A DNA stretch of 63,644 nt, filler included, from Chiloscyllium plagiosum (taxonomy: Eukaryota): the NCBI RefSeq assembly GCF_004010195.1. It is 3 parts of one record of this genome, joined end to end, with 100 filler letters (N's around TTAATTAATTAA, not from the genome) between each part and the next. Parts side by side here need not be neighbours in the genome. Positions count along the whole stretch, not along the records: positions 1 to 31,615 come from NC_057712.1; positions 31,716 to 58,419 come from NC_057712.1; 1 more part is not named here. One strand, given 5' to 3'. The translations under genes and the position numbers were made by a program. The notes beneath the pieces were generated by a model that saw only the letters and a list, made by a program, of their open reading frames with translations, did not search any database and was not told where the DNA came from. Positions 25,900 to 38,070 of this stretch are shown in pieces (the stretch's first letter is position 1; each line of letters begins with the position of its first letter).

Positions 25900-26350
25900 G
25901 GTAATATAACTGGTGATCCAGAGCCGCGTGCTGCTGATTAAACTTGGAATCCCACCATCTCAGATGGTGAAATTTGAATTTAATAAAAAAGTGAAAGAAA
26001 ATAAGAAAAATGGTAGTCCAAAGATGTGCAGATCAGGTAAAATTGGCCATGCTAAATTGCCCGTAGTGTTAGGTAAGGGGTAAATGCAGGGGTATGGGTG
26101 GGTTGCGCTTCGGCGGGGTGGTGTGGACTTGTTGGGCCGAAGGGCCTGTTTCCACACTAAGTAATCTAATCTAAATATAATCACTGTCAATTGTAGTAAA
26201 AACCCATCTGGTTCGCTAATGTTCTTTAGGTAAATAATCTACCATTTTTTCCCAGTCTAGTCTACACGTAATTCAGAACCACAGCAATGCATTTAACTCT
26301 CAACAATTAGGAATGGGCACTAAAGGCAATGCCCACAACCTAGGAACAAA
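25900..26350 (+). mobile_element. tRNA-headed short element containing a nested 3'-half HE1 SINE (26015-26173)
   Basis: gaatcccaccatctcagatggtgaaatttgaatt..aaacccatctggttc..ttaggaatgggca; the inserted HE1 ends in AATCTAATCT. Confidence 0.65.
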
Positions 26351-26449
26351 TTAAAATGTAATACTTAGGACAGAGACATCAGGAGAAACACAGGGATAGA
26401 TAGACAGGCATGAGTACTGGGATTAACACTGGGAACAAACATCAGGATG

Positions 26450-27325
26450 ATGTGGTATTATCACAAGATAATTAATCCAGATTTGTTCTGGAAAATGTTC
26501 TGGGGAATCACGGCAGTTGGTGGAACTTGAATTCGTTTTTTTTTTAAATCTGGAATCCACTGATGACCACGTCGATTGTCAGAAATATCTGTGTGGTTCA
26601 CTCGTGCCCTTCAGGGAAGGAAATCTGCCATTCTCACCTGGTCTGGCTGACACATGACACCAGACCCACAAGAATATGGTTGATGCTCAGTTGCCCTCTG
26701 AAATGGCCTAGCAAGCCATTCAGTTGTACCAATCACAACAAAGTTTCAAAGAAATTAAATGAGATGGATCACCTGCCAACGATCAAGGCAGCAGAAAATA
26801 TAACCGCAGAAACAACCCTGTCAACCTGCAACGTCTTCCTTACTAGCATCTGTGGGCAAGTGCCAACATTTGGAGAGCTGTCAAACAGACTAGACAAGTA
26901 ATAGCCTGACATTGTCTGTCAGACATGATTCCGTGAGACACCACCAGACACCACCATTACCATCCCTGAATATGTCCTCTCCCACCCGAAAGACAGACCC
27001 CAGCAGATGTGGCCACACACTGCTATACAGTCAGAAGGGAGTTGCCCTGGGAGACCTCATGGCTCCTGACCCCATGAAGTGTCATGGTTTCAGGTTAAAT
27101 GTGGGTAAGAAAACCCCCTGCTGGTTATGGCATACTGTTCTCTCTCAGCTGCTGAATTGGTACTCCTCCATGTTGAGCAACACTTAGAGAGGATGGCAAG
27201 GGCACAAAATATACTCTGGAGGGGGATTTCAGTGTCCACCACCAGAAGTGGCTCATCAGCAGTACTAATGATCAAGTTGCTCAGGTCATAAAAGACATAG
27301 CTGCTGGACTGGGTCTGCGACCCAT
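26450..27325 (+). mobile_element. 5' portion of the tRNA-headed LINE (head plus endonuclease)
   Basis: Head/body followed by FGELSNRLDK*..PDI and a GDFSVHHQKW endonuclease motif. Confidence 0.75.
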
Positions 27326-27329
27326 TGGC

Positions 27330-30300
27330 AATCTGGGTTTGAATCAAACCACGGTAGTTGGTGGAACTTAAATTCAATTTTTCAAACAATCTAGAACTAA
27401 GAATCTACTGATGACCATGTAAATTGTCAGAAAACCCATCTGGTTCTTCAGGGAAAGAAAGCTGCCATCCTCACCTGGTCTGGCCTACATGTGACTCCAG
27501 ACTGACAACAATGTGGTTGACTCTCAATTGCCCTCTGAAATGGCCCAACCAGCCATTCAGTTGCACTAATTGCTACAAGGTCACATAGAAATGAAACTGG
27601 ACGGATAACCAAGCATCGATCTTGGCACCGGAAAAGACAATAGTATAACATCCCTGTCGATCCTGCAAAGTCCTCCTCATTAACATCTTCAGGCTAGTAC
27701 CACAATTTGGAGAGCTGTCACTGACTATTCAAGCCAACACCCTGACATAGTCATACTTCTGGAATCATACCTTACAGACAATGTCACAGACACCACCATC
27801 ACCTTCCCTGGATATGTCCTGTCTCACCAGCAGGACAGATGCAATAGAGATGGTGTTGCCCTGAGAGTCATCAACATTGACGCCCAACCCCATGACATCT
27901 CGTGGCTTCAAGTTAAACCCTGGCAAGGAAACCTCCTGTTGATTACCATGTACCATCCTCCCTCAGCTGATGAATTGGTACTCTTCCACGTTAAACAACA
28001 CTTAAAGGAGGCACTGAGCATGGCAAGGGCACAAAGTGTACTCTGGATGGGGATTTCAATGTCCACCACCAAGCATGGCTCAGCAGTAGTACTATTGATC
28101 AAGCTGCTCTGGTGCTAAAGGACATTGCCTCAGACCCAGTCTAGCAGTAGGTGGTGAGGGAACCAGTAAGAGGGAAAAACATACTTGACCTCACCCTGAA
28201 GAATTTGCAGACGCATCTGTCCATGACATCAGTAAGAGCATCTACAGCACAGTCCTTGTGCAGATGAACTCCCACCTTCACATTGAGAATAACCTCCATC
28301 ATGTTTAAACTAAATTCTCTACAGTGTAGAAACTGGCCCTTTGGCCCAACCAGTCCACACTGACCCTCCGAAGAGTAGCCCACTCAGACCTATTTCCCAC
28401 TGACTAATGCACCTTACACTTTGGGCAATTTAGTGTGGCCAATTCACCTGGCCTGCACATCTTTGGACTGTGGGAGGAAACCGGAGCACCCGGTGGAAAC
28501 CCACGCAGACAATGGGGAGAATGTGCAAACTCCACACAGGCAGTCACCCGAGGCTAGAATCGAATCTGGGACCCTGGCACTGTGAGGCAGCAGTGCTAAC
28601 CACTGAGCCACCGTGCCACACCATATTGTGGGGCAGTATTACTGTGCTAAATGGAACAGACTTCGAACAGATCTAGCAACTCAAGATCGGGCATCCATGA
28701 GGTGCTGTTGGCCATCAACAGCAGCAGAATTGTACTCTAACACAATGTGTAACCTCACAGACTGGCATATCCCCCACTCGGCTATTCCCATCAAGCAAGG
28801 AGATCAATCTTGGTTCAATGAAGAATGCAGGAAGGCATGCAAGGAGCAGCACTAGGCATATCTGAAGTTGAGGTGCCAAATTGGTGAAACAGGGCTATGT
28901 GCATATCGAACAGCAGAAGCAGAAGGTACAGACAGAGCTAAGCAATGCCACAACCAAAAGATCAGATCTCAGCTCTGCAGTCCTGCCATATCCAGTCATG
29001 AATGGCAGTGGATAATTAAATAAAAGATACTGGAGGAGAAGGGTCCGCAAACATCCCCATCCTCAATGATGAAAGTGCCCCAGTACATCAGTGCAAAATA
29101 TAAGGCTGAAGCTTTTGCAGCAATCTTCAGCCAGATGTGCCAAGTGGATGAGCCATTTCGGCCTCCTCCATTGATCCCCAGCATTACAGATGTCATTCAA
29201 TTTGATTCACTGTACATGATATCAAGAAATGATTGTAGGCACTGGATACTGCAAAGGCTGATGGCCCTGACAATATTCTGGCAATAGCATTGAAGACCAT
29301 GCCTCTCCCCTAGCCAATTTGTTCCAGTACAGTTACAACACTGACTTCCACAAACAGTTACTTCCACAATGTGGAAAATTGCCCACATATGTCCTGTACA
29401 TAAAAGACAGAACAAATCCAACCCAGCCATTTACCGCTCCATCAGTCTACTGTTGATCATCAGTAAAGTGATGAAAGATGTCATCAACAGGGCTATCAAG
29501 CAGCTCCTGTTCAGCAATAACCTGCTCAGTGAGGCACAGTTTGGGTTCCACAGGCCACTCAGCTCCAGACATCATTACAACATTGGTTCAAACATTGACA
29601 GAAGACCTGAATTCCAGAAGTGAGGGGAGAGTGACAGCCCTTGATAGCAAGGCTGCATTCGACTAAGTTTGGCATTATGGAGCTCTAGCAAATCTAAAAT
29701 CAATGGGTGTCATGGGGAAAACTTGCTACTGGTTAGATTCATACCTGACACAAAGGAAGATGGTTGTCGATGTTGGAGGTCAGTCATCTCAGCTCCAAGA
29801 CATCTCTGCAAGAGTTCCTCAGGGTGGTGTCCTAGGCTCAACCATCTTCAGCTGTTTCATCAATGACCTTCCCTCAGTCATAAGGTTAGATGTAGAGATG
29901 TTTGCACAATGTTCAGCACCATTTGGACTCCACAGACACTGAAGCAGTCTGTATCCAAATGCAACAAGATCTGGACAATATCCAGGCTGAAAAGTGGCAA
30001 GTAACATTTGCGCCACACAAATGCCAGGCTATGACCATCTCCAACAAGAGTCAACCTAATCACTACCCCTTCATATTCAATAGTGATTACCAAATTACCA
30101 TAAGTGAATCCCCCACCATCAACGTCTTGAGAGTTATCGTTGGTCAGAAACTCAACGGGAATCACCACATAAATGCAGTGGCTAAAAGAGCAGATCAGAG
30201 ACTAGGAATACTGTGGCAAGAAACTCACCTCTTCACGCTGCAAAACCTGTCCACTATCGACCAGGCACAAGTTAGGAGTGTGATGGCTTACTCCCCCACT

Positions 30301-31160
30301 TACTTGGATGAGTGCAGCTTTAGCAATATTCAAGAAGCTTGACACCATCCAGGACAAAGCAGCCCGCTTGATTAGCACTGCAAGCACAAGCATCCACTTT
30401 TTCCACCACCAATGCTCAGTAGCAGCAGTATGCACTATCCACAAGATGCACTGCGGATATTCACCAAAGATCCTGAGAAGGCACCTTCCAAACTCATGAC
30501 CACTTCCAACTAGAAAGACAAGAGCAGCAGATATATGGAAACATGTCATGTTCAAGTTCCCCTACAATCTACTCATCATCCTCACTTGGAAATATATCGC
30601 TATTCCTTCAATGTCGCTGGGTCAACATCCTGGAATTACTAATAGCATTATGGAGCAATCCACAGCAGCTCAACCCTGGTTCAATGAAGAATACAAGAGG
30701 GCATGCTAGGAACAGCATCAGTCATACCTGAAAATAAGGTGTGAACCTGTTGAAGCTACCAGATAGGACTACTTGCATGCCAAACAGCATAAGCTGCAAG
30801 TGATAGACAGAGCTAAGCAATCTCACAACCAGCAGATCAGATCGAAGCTTTGCGGTCCTGTCACATCCATTTGTGAGTAGTCATGGATGATTAAACAACT
30901 CCCTGGAGGAGGAGGGTCTACAAATATCCACTTTCGCAATGATGAAAGAGCCCCAGCTCATCAGTGCAAAAGATAAGGCTAAAGCATTTGTAGTAATCTT
31001 TAGCCAGAAATGCCATGTGTGTGATCTCAGTCTCCTCCACTGGTTCCAACCATTACAGATGCCACCCTTCAGCAATTTGATTCACTCTACGTGATATCAA
31101 GGAAGAATTGGAGACTCTGCAAACTGCAAAGGCTATGAGCCCTGACAACATTCTAGCAAT
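27330..31160 (+). mobile_element. Near full-length tRNA-headed CR1/L2-group LINE, plus a second internal fragment (30640-31160)
   Basis: B-box-like gggtttgaatc (~27345), PDIVILLESYL, GDFNVHHQ, WKIAHICPVHKRQNKSNPAIYRSISLL, RVTALDSKAAFD, VPQGGVLGSTIFSCFINDL, FAPHKCQAMTISNK. Confidence 0.85.
28308..28620 (-). mobile_element. HE1-type V-SINE nested in the LINE
   Basis: Full head, V-domain and tail on the minus strand. Confidence 0.88.
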
Positions 31161-31164
31161 AAAA

Positions 31165-31615
31165 GAACATAGAACATAGAAAAATACAGCGCAGTACAGG
31201 CCCTTTGGCCCTCGATGTTGCGCCGATCCAAGCCCACCTAACCTACACTAGCCCACTATCCTCCATATGCCTATCCAATGCCCGTTTAAATGCCCATAAA
31301 TAGGGAGAGTCCACCACTGCTACTGGCAGGGCATTCCATGAACTCACGACTCACTGAGTAAAGAATCTACCCCTAACATCTGTCCTATACCTACCACCCC
31401 TTAATTTAAAGCTATGCCCCCTCGTAATAGCTGACTCCATACATGGAAAAAGGTTCTCATGGTCAACCCTAATCATCTTGTACACCTCTATCAAGTCACC
31501 CCTAAACCTTCTTTTCTCCAATGAAAACAAAACCCAAATGCCTCAGCCTTTCCTCATACAATCTTCCTACCATACCAGGTAACATCCTGGTAAACCTCCT
31601 CTGCACCCGTCCCAG
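31165..31615 (-). mobile_element. Young CR1 3' end running into the assembly gap
   Basis: (AGAACAT)n tail; near-identical to 13170-13630. Confidence 0.9.
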
Positions 31616-31715
31616 NNNNNNNNNNNNNNNNNNNNNNNNNNNNNNNNNNNNNNNNNNNNTTAATTAATTAANNNNNNNNNNNNNNNNNNNNNNNNNNNNN
31701 NNNNNNNNNNNNNNN
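31616..31715. other. Assembly gap: 44 N + TTAATTAATTAA + 44 N
   Basis: Read directly; the construct is identical at 58420-58519. Confidence 0.97.
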
Positions 31716-31881
31716 GCTTAAATATAATATTACACCACTAATTCAGTTACTAAACTATTATAAATGATTTATAAATGATTTGGTGAGCTTGGTAGGGGGT
31801 AGGTGACCCACTGTGCCCAAGTCTTGGGAGGAGCACTATAGACTCAGTCTTACTGGGTCGCCGCCATCTTGGATCCCCCCC
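31716..31881 (-). mobile_element. Probable L1-type LINE 5' end with a YY1 motif
   Basis: Reverse complement begins GGGGGGGATCCAAGATGGCGGCG, i.e. a G-run plus the YY1 consensus typical of vertebrate L1 5' ends; it runs into the gap. Confidence 0.55.
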
Positions 31882-31884
31882 TAA

Positions 31885-32640
31885 TCTAATCTTGATCAAT
31901 TGGGTCAATGGGGAGAGGAGTGGCAGATGGAGTTTAATTTGGATAAATATGAGGTATTGCATTTTGGTAATCTAATCAAGGACAGGACTTGTACAAGTAA
32001 CGGTAGGGCCCTGGGTAGTATTGTAAATTGGAGGGATCTCGGAATTCAGATACATAATCCTTTGACATTTGCATCAGAAGTAAACAGTGGTTGAAGAGGC
32101 ATTTAACAGGTTTGCCTTCATTGCTTAGACCTTCAAGTATAAGAGTTGGAATGTCATGTTGAGGTTGTACAGGATTTGGTGAGGCCTCTTGTGAGGTATT
32201 GTGTGTAGTTCAGATCACCTTGTAAAAAGACAGATGATATTAAATGAAAGGGGCTCAAAAAAGTTATCAGGATGTTGCTGGGAATGATGCTTTGAGATAT
32301 AAAAATACACTGGGACTTTTTTTTAAACTGGAATCTAAAAGATTGAAGGTGACTTTATAGAGGTTTGTAAAGTCAGGAGGGGCAGAGATAAAACAATTGA
32401 TGAGGATCTTTTCCCTAGGGTGGGGGAGTTTGAAACAAGGGAGCACAATTTTAAGGTGAGAGGAGAAAGATTTTTAAGACACGAGGGGCAACTTTTTTTT
32501 TTACATATAGAGCAGTTTATGTGCAGAATAAACTGCTAGAGAAGGTGGTGGATGCATTACAGTTGCAATGTTTACAGGACATTTTGAATGGACAAGATGT
32601 GTGGGGATCCAGGCCAAGCACAGACACATGAGACCAGTTG
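31885..32640 (+). mobile_element. CR1 3' fragment, degenerate
   Basis: WQMEFNLDKYEVLHFG and a CR1 3' UTR. Confidence 0.8.
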
Positions 32641-32645
32641 TTAGA

Positions 32646-32945
32646 CTAGAATAGAATCCCTACAGCATGGAAACAGGCCTTCTGACCCAACAAGTCCACA
32701 CCAACTCTCCAAAGAGCATTCCACCCAGACTCCCCTCCATCCCCGTGACTGCATTTCCCACAACTAACCTGTTCATCCCTGGACAGTATGACCAATCCAC
32801 CTAACCTGCACATCTTTGAACTGCAGAAGGAAACTGGAGTACCCAGAGGGGAGAATGTACAAACTCCACACACAGTCACCCAAGGCTGGAATTGAACCCA
32901 GATCCCTGGTGCTGTGAGTAACAGTGCTAGCCACTGTGCCACCCA
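32646..32945 (-). mobile_element. HE1-type SINE
   Basis: Head GGTGGCACAGTGGCTAGC, B-box-like GGGTTCAATTCC, ATTCT tail. Confidence 0.82.
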
Positions 32946-35056
32946 TGGGAATATGGTCAACTAGTTGGACTGAAGGGTCTACTTCCATGCTATATAGTTC
33001 TATACCATTTGTTAAGTACTTGTCAAATTAATCCTTCCAGAGTGTATCATCTGCCATTTTTCAGGGTTAAATTTTATCTGCCACTTATCTGCTAATTTGA
33101 CCATCCCATTTTTATCATCTTGTAGTCCAAGACGCTCAACCTCGCTATTAATCACCCAACCAATGTGATAGGATAATAGTAAATAAAGAGGAAAAAGGTA
33201 AAATGTTGTCAGTGTTCAAAGTGGGAAATTCATGGTGTCTGCTTGGGATGTATCCTGAGTTGTATTGTTCCAGGATGAGATAAGAGTAGAAATAGCAGTG
33301 CTCTGGCCATAATCTTCCAATTCTCATTTTATTTTCATTTGGCAGAACTCATTGAAGATCAGAATCCTACACTGTATCCAAAAGAAAGGAAAAGGAATAT
33401 TCCTAGGAGTGCTGACAGGCATAATCCAGGAGGAAAAAATAATCTCCCAAAAAAAGTGGCATAATAAATTAAATCCAGCATGGATTTGTTGTAACCAAAT
33501 CCTGTCTTGAAACTTATCACTAAATTATTTCATAACGTCATCAAGAAAGGTAGGGAGGATGCTATCCTAAATACTGTATATAGAGCCATTCAAAGTGCAT
33601 TTGATACAATGCCACAAAATGGACTACTTTGATAAAGTTGAAGCACATGTAATTGAAGAGATAATGATAGCATGTTATAAGTCTGGCCAAGGAACAGACT
33701 GTTATCACTCAATGCATGTTTTCACACTGGTGTTTCCCAGAAGTCCTCCATTGATGGGCAGCACAGTGGTTCAGTAGTTAGCGTTGCTGCCTCACAGTGC
33801 CAACAACCAGGATTCAAATCTATCTACATGTCCTGGACAATATTCGTCTTGACTTCAGTCCAACTGACAGTCTTGTTCTTTGTTCAGAACAAGAGGGTTT
33901 GATTTTAAATCTATAGATTTGGTCTTTCAAGCATACTTTTTTTAAAAAAAAATCCTTCACTTAGGTTCTTCCCTTTTGTGGCTTGTGATCTCTTTAATGC
34001 TGCAACCATGTTCCCCTCCAAGTATTGACCTCTTGCTCTCTCTTCCTTCTGATTGCTGGGAAAGATACCCAAAAGGATCAGAGTGCAATCTCCTGCCATT
34101 TCCCACCTGTCTGAGAATTTGCCAGTAACTTGGCAGGAAACATAGATATACCACACCATTTGGTCCATTGCCTATCTGACTAGTCCCACTTTCCATAACT
34201 TTGTAAGGTCATATGCTTGTGTTTTTTTTAGATGCAGTAAACTTCAGTGCATTGAGTGCAGTTATGATTTATCAAAATATTGCACTTAAGACAGATTTGA
34301 TTATGTGGATAGATTAGAGAAAATAGAATTTGCTCTGGTTTGATCTTTCCACACAGTTTCTTCCAAAGAACAGTTTGTCGACCCCTCATGGTCAATTCTT
34401 CTCTCAACTTTCTCCTGGAATTTTCTCTTTAGGAAAGAGAAAGTGGAAGGATCAAACCCGGAGAATGCTCTTTTAAGCTAACTGGCATAAGAAGCAATGC
34501 TATCATGAGGAACATTTTAGCAAGTGGTTAGGATCTGAGCACATTGGACAAATGTATGGCGGAGGCAGTTTCAATCAGGGCTCTCAAAAGAGAATCGGAT
34601 GATTATTTAAAGCTGACATCAGGATAGGCAATAAATGAGTTGGTCTTGTAAATGGAATAGAGGGTTGAGTAGAGAAAGAAGGAAAGTGAAGGTGAGGATT
34701 ATCAGTGATGATCTCATTGAATGGCAGAGCATGGGCTGAATAGTCACAATTATTCATATTATTTATTACCGACATGGCAGACTGGCCTCCAGTGCTGTAG
34801 CCACTCTGGATGTATAAGCAGTTTATCATTACAAAGGTTGGGAATTTCACAATGTGCCAGATCTGGCTCCAAACAAAAAGGCCACACCTCCACCTCACAA
34901 TACTTCTCCCCCGCCCCCTGCAAACACCTCTCCTTGAATGTAACAGTCTGTGGGGCTGGAGATAGATGCATTTTTTTTAAAGCAAAGATATTGAGATATG
35001 ATCAAAAGGCAGATATGTAGAGATGGGTCACAGATCAGCCATGATGTCATTGGAAT

Positions 35057-35155
35057 GAATCTGAAGAAGGATTACTGGACCGAAATGTTAATTCTGCTTT
35101 CTCACCACAGATGCTGTCGGACCTGCTGAGATTTTCCTGCAATTTGTTTTTGTTT
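35057..35155 (+). mobile_element. Short repeat with a hammerhead-like core (family 3, probably PLE-derived)
   Basis: GAAT-CTGAAGA-AGG..ACC-GAAATGTT-AATTC, followed by gatgctg..gacctgctgag; related minus-strand copy at 55685-55780. Confidence 0.6.
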
Positions 35156-36279
35156 CCACTCCTTTGTTATGAATTAATTATTCCTGATGTTTTCCTTGAA
35201 CAATGAAATTCTAACTTTATATCCCTTGTCTGATCCCTTACCAAAGGGAGTAGTTTCTCAATCTTTCCTCACAGTTCAATTTTATATTGACTCCCCAATC
35301 ATCTCTGCTCAAGGAAATGCAACTTTAGTTTTTGCGAAGTGTAATGATTACTTAGCCCATTTGGTACCTATATCATTCTGGTGAACCTGTGGTATGCTGT
35401 GTCAAAGACCAGAATCCTCCTGAGAGGGAGTACCCAGTCGTGAACGTAGTGTTCTAGTTCAATCGGAGCTTTATACTGACATTGCATACGCTCCAAACTT
35501 TTCTTAATTCTAGTCCCTGTAAAAGAAAACTAAACCATCGACTGAAGTTTTAAATTATTTTCTGCACCAGTCTGCTAATTTCACCTCATCCCTGACCAAT
35601 TATAGCCTCTAATCAACTTAAAGTGAGCCCATCTTCCTCTGCAACACATTTAGATCCTTCAGGCCAGTTCACCAACTGTTCACAGCAGATAGACCTTAGG
35701 AGCAATGCTGAGCTCAAATAACGGCTTCCACTTTTTTTCACTGCCTTTACCATAATAAAGGAAAACATTCATGAAATCCCATTTAAAATATTCAAAACCT
35801 CTCCAGTACTCAATCACATACAAAAGCACAAAAAACTTGATATTAATGACACCCATCACAGACAGCTTATCCTGTAATAATTTATTCCAGTTGTCAATCA
35901 AATGGTAACTTGGAACCCTAATGCTGGGATATGTGTAGGTTGTGAAAAGCGTCCAAGGAGTTAAATAATTCCATAGCTTGAGGTTTTTTTAAAAACTCTT
36001 ATTGAAACAGTTTTCTTTTCAGGCTGGGAATTCAAAAAACTCAAGGGCTGTCGAACAGTCAGGTGTTATCTTCCCTTCAACAGTATTTATCACTCGTCAA
36101 TAAATTCATGACTTGTACACTGCAGGGTAAAGCTTTTTCTGTGGTGAAAATGGAATGAGTTCAAATGACCTTGCTGAGTTCAGCTGTCACTCATGTCTGA
36201 GTCATGGCCTGCCTCCTTTCTTGTACCATGAGAATAGGATCTGTTGGAAATGGTGCACTGACTTTTGGGTTTGGATAAA

Positions 36280-36530
36280 GAGTCAGAGTCACACAGCATG
36301 GAAACTGACCCTTCGATCCCACTACTGCACACCAACTGGACATCCTACTGTTGGGCCAATATTCCTCTTAAGCCCTTCCTCTTCATGTACCCCTCCAGCT
36401 GCCTTTTAAATGTTGTAATTGTACCCACCTCCTCCACTTCCTCTGGCAGCTTGTTCCATTCACACACCACCGTCTGTATGAAAAAGTTATCCCTCATGTC
36501 CCTTTTAACTCTTTCCTGTCTCTCCTTAAG
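36280..36530 (-). mobile_element. CR1 3' fragment
   Basis: FFIQTVVCEWNKLPEEV..FKRQLE. Confidence 0.8.
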
Positions 36531-37282
36531 ATACTCCATAGAATCGGTCTCTTTTGACAATTCTTTTTACCACCTGATCTCCATTGCTGCTCTCAATACT
36601 GGTTAGCCTGAAGGTGGGTTCACTCAGGTTGGGTGAGGGCACACTTGAGCTTGACCACTCTCCAGCCTTCATCAGAATTGCACTCCAGACAGGAAGGCCT
36701 GAAGACGCAGTGCAGGTATCTCTCACTGAGGAGTCAATCCAGGTGTCTTACTGGTTTCCCAGCCACTGACCTTCCCAGCTCCTAAACAAAATTTCATCAC
36801 TAACTCTTTATGTGGGGCTTTAACATTTTTTTGTGTACAAAGGTCCTGTGAAACATTCTGGAATTTCTTTAATCCAAATAAGATTATGTTGTTGAGAAAA
36901 GAGGCTTCAGATTGTGAGCTCATCTTTGTTTAATAAGTTCCTGTTTGCTAAAGTTAGCAGCGCAATGATCCTAAAATGAGAACACAGTAACCACTGTGCC
37001 TGGGAAATCTTGTCTTTGGAGAAATGATAGAAATAATTGTGTATTGGAAGATAAATGAAAAATCTACAGTGTCCACATATTGCAAAATGGATAATGTAGG
37101 GGAAGAAACAATGTTCAAAGTTTGGCAATTTTTATATAAAGCATAAAGATGTCCAAAATCTTATTAAGTGCTGATCCTTAACACATTGTGTGCTCAGTAG
37201 TTTGTTAAATTAATACTGTGAGGAACAGACTGGATTTAACTTTCCCAAGCATTCTGTGCCATAGGAAAGCTTTCAAATTTCA

Positions 37283-38070
37283 TAGGGTTCAGAAAAGATT
37301 TGTAAGGATGTTGCCAGGATTAGAGGGTTTGAAATAAAGGGAGGGGCTGAATAGGGTGCGGCATTTTTTCCCTGGAGTGTTGGAGGTTGAGGGATGACCT
37401 TATAGAGGTTTTATAAGATCATGAGCATGGATTGGGTGAATAGCCAAGATCTTGGGCGGCACAGTAGTTAGCACTGCTGCCGCACAGCGTCAGAGACCTG
37501 GGTTGAATTCTGGCCTCTGTGCAAACTCCACGCAGACAGTTGCCTTTCTCCCCGTGTCTATGTGGGTTTCTTCTGGGTGCTCAGGTTTCCTCCCACAGTC
37601 CAAAAATGTGCAGGTTAGGTGTATTGACCATGCTAAATTGCCTATAGTGTTAGGTGAAGAGGTAAATGTAGGGGAATGGGTCTGGGTGGGTTGCTCTTCG
37701 GAGGGTCGGTGTGGACTAGTTGGGCCGAAGGGCCTGTTTCCACACTGTAAGTAATCTAATCTTTTTCCTAGATTGGGGGAATCTAGAACTAGAGGGCATT
37801 GGTTTAAGATAAGAGGGGAAACATTTAAAAGGGACATGAAGGACAATGTTTTCGTGCAAAGGGTGGTGCACGTATGGAATGAGCTGCCCAAGGTGGAGGT
37901 GAGAACAATTACAACGTTTTAAAGGTGCCTGGATTGGTATGTGATTGGGAGGGGTTTAGAGGGGTATGAGCCAAATGCTGGCAAATGTGATGAGGTCAAT
38001 TTAGACTTTGTGGTCAGCATGAACCAGTTCGATCGAAGGTTCTATTTCCATGCAGTATAACTCCTACTCT
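37283..38070 (+). mobile_element. CR1 3' fragment interrupted by an HE1 SINE (37454-37761, +)
   Basis: RVQKRFVRMLPG..RDDLIEV; CR1 resumes at tctttttcct after the SINE tail. Confidence 0.85.

Noticed and set aside
31660..31671. Palindromic TTAATTAATTAA inside N runs (also 58464-58475)
   Set aside because: Identical 44N-12-44N construct with stops in all six frames; an artificial scaffolding linker, not biology.
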